A stretch of DNA of 41,886 nucleotides, from the NCBI GenBank assembly GCA_000934665.2, contig KZ538910.1:1-41886 (forward strand), read 5' to 3'. The notes beneath the pieces are model-generated. The model ran no database searches, was not told the DNA's origin, and saw only the letters and a program-made list of their open reading frames with translations. The translations under genes and the position numbers were made by a program. Shown here in pieces: positions 1 to 12,999 of this stretch (the stretch's first letter is position 1; each line of letters begins with the position of its first letter). The stretch is from Catajapyx aquilonaris (lineage: Eukaryota).

Positions 1-1009
1 GGGGGGGGATCAAGAATTTAAGAGCCTTATCTCCATGCAGCTCCTATCTCAAGACTTTGTATGTACACCTTTAGAAATATACTGAAAGACATACCCCCTT
101 TGTACCGACAGTCGGATGTAATCGGCTCATCCATTTTAAATCACATGGAGTCAGCATTGCCGGTTATATATATGATGGTGCAAGTCGCGCTTTAAAGCCG
201 TCCATTCCGGCTCTCGTGCAATGAGCGGAATAAGCTTCATCCTGAACGTCTATGGACAACCAACAATCACTTGGTATTTCTTTGATCTTTATACGGAATA
301 ATTATCTGGTTGCACAGGGCAGGACAATAATCTTCTGGCACAATACGTTTAATTATTGGGTGAGTATATACAGTACAAGGGCAATAATATATGCACTTGT
401 TTTCCTCACTTGGGCTGAGATTGATTCTCGCATATGAAATTTGCAGGATCTGAATGGAGGCTTTAAATTTAATTACGAGCGAATGGTTCTGAGGCACGCA
501 CATGCATAATCATAGTAGGCCTATACAATATAAAATTGAAAGATTTCTAACTGTATAGCAGGCTACATGCCCAACATGCGAATACGGGGGAAAATTCATG
601 AATTGATCACCCCAGCAACCAGTTCAGTGCGATTTTCGCAGCACCACTTCGCGTTTACAACTATATCTGTTTACCCCCACACTGCAAGTCCGCATTCAAA
701 CCCATACTGTACCACAGCAACCATCAGCTTCAGTGAATACGCAAGAGGCAAAACTCCCCTGTTTGTCATGGCCTCTGATTAGCATCAGAATTTTCCCATC
801 CATATTTTAAAAAGCATTTTCCTCCAGTCCTTCGCATCCACTGTACTCCCCCATGTTATTCCAAAATAAGACCCCCCCACCTCTCTCTGTCCAAAAGCAA
901 AAAAAAAAAAAAAACCTGCAACACAAACAACGCGTCGCTTACAATCACAGCCGTCGCTACATGCACCGGTCCCTCCCAAAACTCAACCTACAATATTTGA
1001 ATAAAACAC

Positions 1010-1760
1010 TCCGTGGTCCACGCTCTGGGTTTTGTACAAGCATGTTATTATTTGGGTCTCCGGTTTTTTTTAAGCGGCAAGGCGAGCTGCCGGCAGCAAT
1101 GGAACAATAACATCATCACATCAGAGGCAAGCCTATATATCTACTCTGCGTACACACAAGGTCCTGAACCCCGGTGTGAATGCACCAGCGTAACAAAAGC
1201 AGCGCTCACAATCAAACCTCCGGGAAGCGCTCTCTCCCATGTTAATTAACCCAAGTCCCACAGGATGGATCACCTTGGCTGTCCTTTTTTTTTTCTTTTT
1301 TTTCTTTTTTAAACTACCTACTCCCTGAAAACCAAGCGAGGGGATATTGAAAAGCCAGCGGGGTCAAGCTTTGTCAGCTTTTCAGACCCCCGCCATAATT
1401 AGGCCTCCGGTTTGTTCTTTCCCTTGATAGGATCTGGCTTGAAGTTTCGAAGCGCGCTGGGCCTCTCCATCGCTTTTTCTTCGCAGAAAAAGGGACCTGA
1501 AAAGCTCCCGACTTCCATTTCATTTCTAATGGCACAAAGCGAGGTTGGGCCACCCCCTAGGGAAGCAGGGTTAGTGTGTGTGTGTGTGTGTGCATGTGTG
1601 TGTATAGAGTAGGGGAGGGCAGGATGAGAGAGATGCGATGCCTTTGACAAGTGTGGTGGCGGAATCGGCGCCGCCATGTTGGGCCAGGGTCCCCTATTGG
1701 TGGAAGGCAGCCCCTTATGCCCGCTCGGGGCCTGCCGGGGGCCCGCCCGTCACCTCTGAC
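1010..1760 (-). mobile_element. Decayed L1/Tx1-like ORF2 fragment (N-terminal half of RT)
   Basis: Colinear frameshifted motifs: DGRAPG (~KAPGPDG), ISLILP (~ITLIPK), PTSLC (~RPISLC), INMGESASRRFD (~LDxEKAFDRV), RGSGP (~GFGP), ERGPR (~RGVRQG). Interrupted by a (GT)n tract. Confidence 0.5.
1574..1603 (+). repeat. (GT)n microsatellite
   Basis: Direct reading; one interruption. Confidence 0.95.
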
Positions 1761-4700
1761 TGGCAGCCCGCCCCGCCCGCCCCAACCCCAAAACACCCCC
1801 CTGCTTCACCTACACAGCACCCCAGCCCCCACCACCCTGCTCCAACACCGCCATGCCACCCAGAGCCAACACGTTTGTGTCCAACATGGCGTCGCCTGCC
1901 GCGCCCTGTGTACACACCGTTCGCACCTGGACGTGACACCGCATGCAAGCAGGCCCCACCCGTCAATACTGCATTGAGAGCTGTACAGTACACTGTTTCA
2001 CCGACAGTCGCACAGGCTTGCAACGATGGAAATAAAATTTTGGTGACGCCTCTTGATGCAGCGCAAAATGATATCTATTACCCCGTGATAGGTGGAACAC
2101 TGGTCACCATAATAATTTTGCTATTTGAATAGGGCAGCAGTTCTGATTAGACCATATTATTTTCTCCTCCTTTTACCTCCTTTTTCCTTATTCCTCCTTT
2201 TATACCTTATAAAAAGGTACAGCATACTGTACCAGGGGTCTCAGAGATAAGGCAAAAATACTAGCATCATTTTTGGCTGCAAGGCTCAATTATGGTGTCC
2301 GGCGGCAATTAAGTTTTTGACCATCATGTTACCATGGTGTGCCTAGAAATATCCTGTAAAGCACACCACACGCCTAGCAACCCTCCTCGACGGCTGACAT
2401 GCCTCGCAGGATATATTCCCTCTACTGTCAATGGTAAAATAATGAACTTAATTGCCGTCGCACACATGTGACTAAACTGACGCATTTTTGGCATTTTAGA
2501 ACATGTTCCCGTATCAGGACTAGAACGATGTTGAAAATGGAGTGACACAATACCACCACCTAAGTAAATACGTGTATTATAAGCTTAATTCTATGTCTAT
2601 ATACAAGTTGGTGTCTGAAGACGCTCTGCTGGAGTATATAGATTTGCCTCTGGCATCACGAATGAGATGGTATATAGGTGACATTACGCAATTACGGAGA
2701 CACTCTGAAAGTGAATATGCCATGCTATATATTACAGAACTGAGCGTAATTTTGCTGGACTTGAACTTGTCAATATTGAGACTTTAATATTTCGATAACA
2801 TTTCTAAAAGTTGCCTAAGATTTCGCCAGCGATAACCCTTCTTTGCTGGGATGAAAAGCTCGACCATATAGTATAGCATAGCGCTGACTTAAATCCGTCT
2901 GCTGCAATACATTCACGTGTACGAATATAATGAAATTCAACCTGCCGCTGAACTGGCTCAGGTAGAAAAAAAAAAAAACCTTTCCGCTGCACTCATATTT
3001 TCCGCATGGCAAGTCTTACATAACCGGCTTTTAAACAACTAAGTTTCTCTCCAAGTCCTATAATATCCAACGACCCAGGCCAAGGCTTACGGATATGAAA
3101 TACACACGGGGGGCACCCTGTACGATTCCAGCACGCACTGCTTTCTTTGTTCCTTTTATCATTATTACACGGTGATGCTCCTTGTCAAGTCGAGCCAAAT
3201 ACGGAGCTCCTTTTGTACCAGGAATCAGACAGAGGTTTCATATATAGCCATGAGGATGAAGCAAAAGAGCTCCTCTTTTTCCCCGAATTCGATGGGAACC
3301 TCCCAGCGGCCAACAAAAGGCAACCCGGAACAACTTCGAATCCGCAGAGGCCTAGAGGCCGTATAACCCTCCACATATACACGCAGCAGCACTCACTCCG
3401 CAGAGGGGCAGCACACATATAGGAGATATGTGTATTGTGACGAAAAGGGCCCCGGGGCGACATCCGCATATGCAAGAGAGCAGAGGAGCAGAGAGGGAAG
3501 AGCGCAGGGTAGGCGGGAGCACTTCAAAAAAAAAAAAAAGTTGGTAAAAAAAAAAAAGTCCGAAGGCCTCCCGTGTATTTACCCTCCTCTCATATTCCTC
3601 CAGCCTCGGGCCATCTCATCTATAGACACCATCAACTAGGCCCATAGTCTGTATAGTTTAGGCAGCCAACTAAATTCACTCGCCTACATACGCAGTTCAA
3701 CTTTTTCCCCCCCTCATCGTATATACAGTGTGTGACATGGAAGCACGTTCATCCTTCTGCATGTACCTGTCCAGGTGGAGAACACAACCTCCGACATTAC
3801 ATAAAAAACATTTACTGTTGCATATTTCTGATAGATAAATAAAGCTGGTGGATGTATATTTTTATATGCTGCAAGATAGTTTTTTTTCTCCATTTTGAAT
3901 TTTCAACTATAACTGTGGCACATCATTTTTCATCATGCGAACCGCAGCGTAATCAGAATAATGTGAGAACTTGTGTGTACCCAGAAGGGGAAAAAAAGGA
4001 ATCAAAGAAAAATTGTCGACTCACTGCAATCATCCGTCTGTTTCACATTATGAAAAGGGGACAAATGGAATGCAAACATGACGTTTGTGCAGCATGCCAT
4101 AAAAGTCTGGGGGTACAAAAAAAAAAAGGCTCTCCCCCCCCCCTTTCGTATAAATACGCACATATTTACCAACAGAATTGCATCTTTTATCACAGCCCAC
4201 CGCCTGCGCAAATTATTAAAACCTTACGGAATTGTGATCCCCTCATTTTATATTTCACTGCTCCGCACATCGCCGGAATCATCCGGTGTGGCAGAAAAAT
4301 GAATAAACATTTGGACGCAGTCAAGGCACACACACACCACAGTGCAGGGGGGTACCATCAAGTGTGGAAATTTCTGCAGGGTTGGCTGCAGGCGGTGGAA
4401 CTCTCTCCGTGCATCATATTCATAAAACAACAGTTACATAAAATATGGCACGCTCGCATGCAACTTTGCTGAGCAAAAGAATATGTGGGAAATGTCATTA
4501 CGGAGCATAATTAAAGGCACGCCATTTTACGTTTCCCACATTTGTAACATATTAATTAATATACACTGCGAAATGTGTAGAACCGCTGCTGAGGCTTCAC
4601 CTCAGTTTACCCAAAGTTATGCATTGTGATATAGGTTGGAGACCCTCGTTGCATATGTGGAGCCCTTATGAAAACGACCATTATCATTTATTCTAAATGG

Positions 4701-5989
4701 TTAAAATTGAGGCATTCTCAAAGTTCCCAACATGGAATATAAAGGTCCAGTTGAAGAATTGGTTTCGCACAGCAATATTCAGCAAAAGTTGTCGCTCATA
4801 ATATCCGTCGCAAATGCCAAATTTAATCAGTTGTTTATTCCTGCTGCTGTTGATTATTGCTCCAATTTGTGGACATCCGAGTTTGAAGTTGCCACTTGGC
4901 AATATAGTCTCATAATACATTACCTATTGCACAGTACGACATGCACAGATGTTATGGAATTTTTTCTGATAATAATGTATGAAAAAGTGAAGCACATAGG
5001 TGTTTCCTGAGATCCTCAAGGTATAGTATATAGGCCTAATCTGATTTGAAATAACAAGGGTGCAATTCTTTGAAATTTCACATGACCCCAGAAAAATTTA
5101 GGATCTTTAATACAATATTATCTGGTGATGGAATTATTATAGTATAAGTGTTCAAATTTTAAGAGATCCTTATTGTTCAAAAAAAGTAAAACATTTCATA
5201 AAATAAATGATTGTGATATTCTTAGTCGCACAATTGAAACCCGTAGATGGTGCAATACAATGAGAAACTAATAACAATTCATACACATTAACTAATATCA
5301 GCAGTTTTCGTGAACAATAAGCTCTCCTATATAAAAACTAAGTATTTTCTAACACTGCCGGAAAATAATGCATAAAAATTCTACAAAATTCACCGTTCCT
5401 AGCGCTTTTTGTAGCCACTTGAAGCTCAATTTTTTTTACACTACAGTGGTTTTCAAATCAATTTTCCTCTTTTGGGTATCTAATTAGGCAAAAACTGAGC
5501 TTCACTTTTTTCATCAACAATATTATTAGGTACAACCTCACGCTATCTGTGCCGATACCGAACATGGAATGCACCCATTCAGTGAATTTAAAATTAATGG
5601 TACGTTACTATTTACCACACACCTGTTTTAGCGCAGACATATTATAACCTGAAATTTAAAAATATCGCTATTTTTTAAGGCGGTATGTGACAATACTAAA
5701 AACTGCTTTTAACACGAAATGTCAACTTTTCAAATCCGGATTTTCTCACCCTTATCAATACGAAAAACAGGTCGCGGATATTACACGCAATAAATCTGAT
5801 TGTGACCATTCAGAGTCTTCATGTAAATCTTCCCACATCCACCTGTTAACCCCGCTGGAAACTCAACCTGCATATATATATTTAAAAAAAAAAAAAATGA
5901 TACCGAGTGTATGCACACAGTATAGGCTCTAATATGTGTAATCCTGTGCTTCTACAGCCCTTTTATCATCCGCTCCCCGCCCTATGATA

Positions 5990-6560
5990 TCTTTTGCTTT
6001 TGGGACGCAAATGTCAGCACAACAGTCCACCGCAAAGTGAGGACAATGTACACAACACCGGAATATTGACTCCGGATATTTATTCCAACCTCCTCATGCT
6101 GAAACCCCACGTAAGGCCCAGCATAAAACACACTGCACCCGCATACACGCCCGTCACCATCACATTTCTAAAACAAAAACCTTCTCCTGCACATACCCCC
6201 AGGTTTCCCGCACGGAAAAGCTCCCCAGTTGAATTTTTATTATATCCTCAACATGCCTTAAAGCCCAAGAGACTGCCCCAAGCCCCCACGTATACTTACG
6301 CCCTACATGCCAGCCGGTTCCTGGTAAATACACTACACACTGGCCCCATAATGTGTACATAGCGCAATGAGACCCCCTTAAAAAAATATCCTGGCTTCCT
6401 CCCGCAGCCCCGGATTTTTTTTTTTTAAAGCCTGAAGGGGGAGGGTGGGGGGTGGTAGGCCTCTCACTGCTCATTCAGCGTGACAAAATACCACTGGCGG
6501 CTTGATCAAAGGATTCCCCGGCTACGGCGGGCCCTCTTTTTCTTCCGTAGCCCCAGCAAC
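5990..6560 (-). mobile_element. Decayed L1/Tx1-like ORF2 fragment (RT C-terminal half/thumb)
   Basis: KSGAA (~ASGAK), KYTWG (~KYLG) and WALRGVSAxG at ~6090-6120 (~WxxRxLSxxG), in the expected order. Confidence 0.5.
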
Positions 6561-8557
6561 ATATCATAGGCCTAATTAATCTGCGACCCAGGCTACAATA
6601 AAATATTAGTCACACAGGTTGTAGGGAAAAATAAAGAAGTGGCCAGGGGGATAACAGGATGGTTGCAAGCCATCATCATTTATAACAGTCGTGTAGGTAG
6701 ACTCTTGCATCAGTTTCAAGCCTTTACTGAAAATCTCAGGTGTGATGTGATATGTGCAAAATCAGGAATTTCGTGCTCCAGCCCACTCAGACACTGTTTC
6801 TCACTTATATTTGATCCTAATTAACCAACGATTTGGCTAATCCAGGTGATGCAAATGACTGAGAGAAATCACGACATAATTAATTTTACACTGATATTAC
6901 ACCAACCTACATAACATATTGTATTCACCTGGATAGTCCGTCTCTGTTAGCAACAATGCAGCTGTCCTCTACCTCGAAAAAATGCTGGCACCGCGGGCGT
7001 GAACGCTTCAATATCGTCACTTCATTCTAACGCCGAATAGTAACAGTTTCCCGGCCGGCTACATATAGTGCAGTGTGACTATCATAGTCTTGCATGCAAC
7101 ATGCACAATTGATGTGAAAGTGAGCCGGTAAACTAATAACCCTGGGCGAAAATGCATCTATTTTGGGTGCACGCGTGTGAAACCAGTCTTCCGTCATCAT
7201 TCTCCCCGTCGCCATTTACATGGGAGGGGAAGCATCACTCCCCCCCCGAACTCCTCTCCCCACACCGCACTATTTTCACTGCCAAATCTGGCGAAACTGT
7301 AAACCGTGTTTGCAAAGGGGTTTTGCATGCGAATCGATGCGAACGAGACATCGACATTATTATGCACGGCTAATTATTTGGCAAAAAAAGCACATATACC
7401 GACTTTTCATCATGTCAACGCGGGGTAAGCTGGAGTATGTGCCCCCAATTTTGCAAATTTCTCACACACAAAAAAAGTCTGCTGTGCATTTCGATTCGCT
7501 GTCAAACTCATTGGTTTCTTACACAACTACAAATGCCTGCCAGATAGTTTGATGCTACGCAGCTTATAATTTAATTCGTTGCCACTGTTATAGCCATAAA
7601 ACAATTTAGGGTGAATCAGGATAAACACACGGTTGCCGGTTTCAACCTTCAACAGTATTATTTATTATGGTATTATATATTTTAATACTAAAGTGGCATT
7701 CATAGGGTCGCAGTTCTACACAAATTTCCTCTCCACTCTTTGTGCCTCAGTCTATACGATAAACTCAAAATTATATGAGGCCGAAATACGAGATTCGCGC
7801 AGGCTCTGTTCAACCGACTTTTGCCGCAACTAATCTCCGGATGAAGGTATAATGGTTTCAATTATAGTCTGTATCTGGTACGGCAAGAGTCTTATACAAC
7901 TGCCTGAAAAATGAATTCATGAAATTCTCCCCTTAACGATGAGAGATTTTCTGGCCACTTGACGGAAGGAAACTCGCGGCAATAAAGCTGTTGAAAATCA
8001 CGTCGCTATATACTGTATATAGGCAGGTACTCGGCAATTACAGGCTTGCAGAAGTGGTAATTATACGAGCTACCTGACCACACATTACGTCCAATATTCA
8101 AGCCACATTCTGCGCAGTTCCTGAACCAAAAATTTTCACGCGTTCTATATGTGCTGGAAAGGCTAGCAGCTGAATCCTTCTCAGGATCACGACGTGGAAC
8201 AACAAAACAAATGCTCGCATCTTATTCGAAATTTCATGTGACATGCTTATTGATGCAGATTCAAATTTAATGAATCTTTCATAATCTAACTACTAGAACA
8301 ATTTCAAACCGTGGAGTGCAAGGCTACAAAAATGAAAAGAAAAACAGATTTCACATAACCCGTCAGCTTTTGAATTTGATGAAGCGTAAGCAAATATTTA
8401 CAAGACGTGGTAATTCAATCAAGTGCAATTAAAGAGGACGCTAATGTCTCAAGTTATTATTATTTAATAAACCATAATCTTTACGGGCCACCCTGCAAAT
8501 CACCGTCACAAGTGGAAAATGTGCTAAAGGTCAGAAATGACTAATATACCAAAGGGG

Positions 8558-8732
8558 TTAACCACTCGACTGTATAGTGTGTATTACAGTGGAGTATATA
8601 CCAAATTCTAGGAGTACCAAAGAGTAAGGTACCTAAGGAGTACCTGCCTGAGAGTATACCAAGGAGTTAGGGTACCAAAGTGTGAGTATACCTGGGAGTA
8701 CCACTGCAAGTGTACACCGCCTAAATGGTTAA
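8558..8732. mobile_element. TTAA-bounded piggyBac-like non-autonomous unit with internal degenerate minisatellite
   Basis: ggggTTAAcca ... tggTTAAcccc is an 11-bp inverted pair; the interior has ~8 copies of gagta(ta)cc/ggtacc. Confidence 0.5.
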
Positions 8733-8983
8733 CCCCACCATGTGAGTTGTGAGTATACCATCATGACGTCCGTTCATTACGTCCTACATGCCTAGATGTA
8801 ATAGTGGACATTTTCATTATTTCGCTTATCCAGCGGATCTCTGACTGCGGCACACGAGTAATGTGCGGCGATGTGCGGCGAATTACGCATGAGACACTGG
8901 TAGCCGCACTCACAGAATAAACGAGATATGTTCGTATGCGAAAGAATTACTATCCTCAACAATACTGCGCATTCCCCAACGTA

Positions 8984-9269
8984 CAGTGTTGTAAATTAAT
9001 CGTGTCATACTGCTTACGACATTTTCTGGTGCGGGAAAAGTGCAAATCGAAGTGATCGAGTGTGAGCCGTGCGAGTAAGAAGAGGTAGGCCTTGAGTGAC
9101 GTCACCGCTGGGGGGCAATGAAGAAAAGGCTTACCCCCAGGCAGTGACGTCACCAAAGGGCTACCATTTCTTACTCGCACGGCTCACACTCTATCACTTC
9201 AATTTGCACGTCTGCCGCATCAGGAAATGTCGCTAGCAGTATATATGACGGAATTAATGTGCAGCACTG
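8984..9269. mobile_element. Fold-back MITE, Tc1/mariner-type ends
   Basis: TA|CAGTG...CACTG|TA. The ~130-bp arms are reverse complements (e.g. gagtgtgagccgtgcgagtaagaa / ttcttactcgcacggctcacactc) around a ~17-nt loop. Confidence 0.85.
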
Positions 9270-12199
9270 TACCACAATCGCTATTTTAGAACTGCATGTG
9301 TGTGCGTCAACTCTGTATATATAGACACGCACAGGCCTCCTCGGTTCAGAATGGCGTCCTCTATCTTTGCAATTGCGCCGGTATCATATGTTTCAATCAT
9401 CCTGCTGTATACACATATATAAAGCGGGCGGGTGGTTACTGTATTTGCATTCTGGCCATCTTACAACTGTAGTGGAACAAAGGGAAGGATAAAATCTATA
9501 GTCTGCATGCTTGCACAGCACTATAAAGTCACATACATATGTTATTACTTTTATCAGCACCCGTTGTTGTACTATAATCGCGATAGTCACATCCGCCGCA
9601 GTCACACACTCATTTATGAAATTGCACAAGACCATCAAGAAAGCAAAAACACTATATACAGTATACACCTTCTATGCATATACGAGTCTCTACTTGACCA
9701 GGTATAAGTCTATATGCATAGACTGCAGTATATAACCGCGCATCACAAGAGGACTTGTTATGCACATTTTACAACAAAACACCTTTTTGTAGTGAATTGT
9801 GCAGCAGCCAACATATAGGCCAACTTCAGCTACCGATACCAAGTAATGACAGCATGTATACCGACCTGGTCAGGGTAAACCTTTCAAATCCATTATATGG
9901 TATCAGTATACAATATGCTGTTTTTGTTACCGGGGTATATGGACACGATACGTGCTGTGTATGTAAAATACGTAAAAAAGCAATATTTTCCAAGCTAACG
10001 CCGGTTTTTTATTGGGCGCAGTTCCGCCATCAGTTCCCCCTGGGCAAATCAGTGAACCCCTGGCACGACAAATATGGTAGAAATCGACATGTATCCCCAA
10101 CTCGTTTGAACAACAACAGACCAACCCCCAGCATCACGTATGGACGCGTATAGCGTGCATTTAGCTCGCTCATCGGGAAAGGTGCACGATTATTAGGCTA
10201 TCAACTATTTACTCGCAGAGAGGAAACCCAATTACGGCTGGGAATGCCCCAGGTTATGACAATGGCACACATCAAGTCTATCATAAGTGTATGCAAATAT
10301 CTCGCTTATTTCCCCCCACCTCAAAACATTGTGCCTGTAATTACACACTTGATGCGTCATTTTATTCTTGCTCAGGAGGACAGTGTGATGTAACGAGGGT
10401 CTCTCCGTGTTCGCGTCGGTTTTTCCAGGCTCTCTCATGTTCAAAAATCTCTCTTCCACTCTCACCAGATAGCCCAAGTTGCTTTGGCTCCCCAAATCAG
10501 CCAACTATAACTGTGTGTTTCAATGATAAGCGTCTGGTTTTAGCTGACAAATTCACCAGGCCTAATCCACATTCCATCCGGCTCAAAAATTCAGGCAACT
10601 TTCGACTGCCATAAATTCTGGAACACCCGATACTCCCTTGACGTGAATCACTTTTGAATTCTAATCATTTAATTGGACTGATTTGAGCCTCAAAGGGCTG
10701 ATCCCAAAATAAAATGCATCTGCCAGGGATTAAACACATCAACCCCCCGCATTTTGGGATCCCGCTTTACAGCTATTACTGATCACTCCCAACCAAACTG
10801 CTATTAAAAAATGGCGATTTAATTGGCGCCCCCTTCCATCCCCCTGCTGGCCCCTACTCCCCCCCNCTCTAATTTATTTTGAAAAAGCCAACAGTTGATC
10901 CATTTTACGAGCTGTCACAAATATTTGCCCCGTGTATAGCCAAACACCGGCATTAATGAGCCATGCGAAGTGCGTCTATACAAAGTGGCCCACATAACCA
11001 TTCAAACCCTTGAAATTATAATTGGTTTATGAAAATGAAATGCCAATAGCAGCACCTACCTCCCACCCGTAAACCAATCCGTCCCCACCACCCCCTACAC
11101 ACATGCACCCATTCCCCCCACCCACCCACATGAACTCGAAAGGTCCGATACATACACAGCATATATAGTTTACAAAACGGAGCCTGTCCATTCGCTTCCA
11201 TCCGGCTGGGACCGTGTTTGGCGCCGCTGCCGACACTATACACATATCTGCTGCAATATCATTGCAATTTACGAACCACCCCAGCAGCGTGACGCACGCT
11301 GTTATATAGGCATATATATACTGGAAACCGCGCCATGCCGCACCGCGTCCAACAATCCAGCACACGGGGAGAGGAATGCAGGGTGGTCAACAAAGCATTT
11401 TCTTTGGTAGCCAAAACACATCAAGGCCCTATACTGGGTCTGTAGATTGGACGGGGGACATCAAGGGCAGCAAAGAATTTTAAAAATATATATTACTCAA
11501 ACTTCTGTTAAGAATAGCCTATTTAATGATTTGGTTGCAGTATATAGGCCTACTCACCTTTCCTTTCAAATATATACTAGTATAATGCACCAAAAGATGA
11601 CATCAAAATATTAATGATGGATAATATCGTGTACGCTACACACTACATCCAGATATTGCATAATATTCACGTACAATTTAATTCACGTGACATTCGAGTA
11701 ATTGACTTAAAGCACGGGCAGTCAACATAACTGCATTAAAAGCACGATTAAATTTTTTATTCCTCTCTCAGCAGCAACTTCATGCAGAAATTATAACTTC
11801 CATGCATATAAGGCATGCACTGTATGTTTCCATCGGTTAGGCTTTGATAGATGAGTCAGGATCATCTTTTTGTGTGCACAGATATTTCGAAAGTTCATGA
11901 ACTCTTTCCCGGGGCAACAAAAGCTTTGTACACTGTATTTTGATCCCCAGGCTATATTACCCCACAGTGGGTTTAAAGACATCCGTACACTAATTGAATG
12001 ATATCACAGCGGCAGGCAAAGACAAAATATGTTAAAGACATACGTTTGTCTTTAGTAGCCACTGCTCTCATATACTCAATAACTGATGTGTAACCATTGA
12101 TCAGTTTTATTATTATTAGCTTACTCATTCAGCACATTATCAGCCTATGTGAGAAAGTGAAGCATCTCCAAAACACATTTAATTCCCACGACACACATG

Positions 12200-12640
12200 C
12201 TTGTTCCCTCACCTTGAGCATGGAGTTTCCATATCAACCATAGAAAACAAAGCCACAATGCAAGTTCACTTACGTCACCCCTCGACTTGACTTTTGACAG
12301 GTGCAAACTAAATCGCCAAGTGGACCATAAACCCGCCTGAAAAGCAGCCCACTCCTCCAACCCTTCCCCACACCATTTCTCGCTATATAACCTGGGCCCT
12401 TTGTAAGTGCACACTGTGTACACATTTCAAAAGGTTATAACCAGCAAGGAAATGGCTGGCGTCCACTTTCTCACTCGACTCGAAAAAAGCCTGCTCCCCT
12501 TCCTTACACATACTCCACTCCGCATCTACATTCTAATCATCTAGAAAGGCGCATGTGGCTTTGTGTGTTAGCCAAGAGGGTGAGGGAATTATTATATAGC
12601 CAGCTATACGCTACACCGCTTGCCAGTTGCCTCTGAAGCA
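12200..12640 (-). mobile_element. Decayed L1/Tx1-like ORF2 3' end (zinc-knuckle region)
   Basis: SWLYNNSL, then DAEWSMCKEGE (~CxxC..E), then LWLIWK (~WxIWxxRN). Confidence 0.45.
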
Positions 12641-12769
12641 CAATAGCTCCAGCAGCCTTCAAAGGCTACCAAGGCGTAGTTCCATTAACTCCTGCGGCGC
12701 TTGGGCTATAGCCTCTGCTCTCACCAAGCATGTGTTACATGAAGAGATGTACTGAGATATCTTACTTAC

Positions 12770-12838
12770 CGGAAGGTTGCGTTGTTTCTTCCTTCTCGAT
12801 TCGCGTGAAGTAATCAGCCTGCAACTTGGACAGTCGTT
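12770..12838 (-). CDS. BRIP1: Probable third coding exon of the BRIP1/FANCJ gene (variable region after motif I)
   Basis: Strong acceptor (gttaattttcttcttctccag|) and donor (G|gtaagt). 69 nt, phase 1-1, open in the frame left by the previous exon: (Q)RLSKLQADYFTRIEKEETTQPS. No conserved motif, so support is splice signals plus phase only. Confidence 0.6.
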
Positions 12839-12999
12839 CTGGAGAAGAAGAAAATTAACATCAACCTCACCATTTCATAATAAATGTACTGTTTGTGACA
12901 ATTCTCAAATTAACACTGGCAGATGCCAACTGATCAGCACTGTACTATGTATTACGGGCGCGGAGTGGTCATATATGCTTCGAGTTATAAGCTCAATGA

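Noticed and set aside
785..979. Cys-rich minus-strand ORF (GACSDGCDCK) as a possible next FANCJ exon
   Set aside because: The nearest acceptor gives an immediate stop in phase 1, and the ORF runs into a homopolymer.
3852..4472. Longest ORFs in the track (206 aa here; 198 aa at 31743; 164 aa at 1638)
   Set aside because: Homopolymer-driven or low-complexity translations with no domain motifs or splice context.
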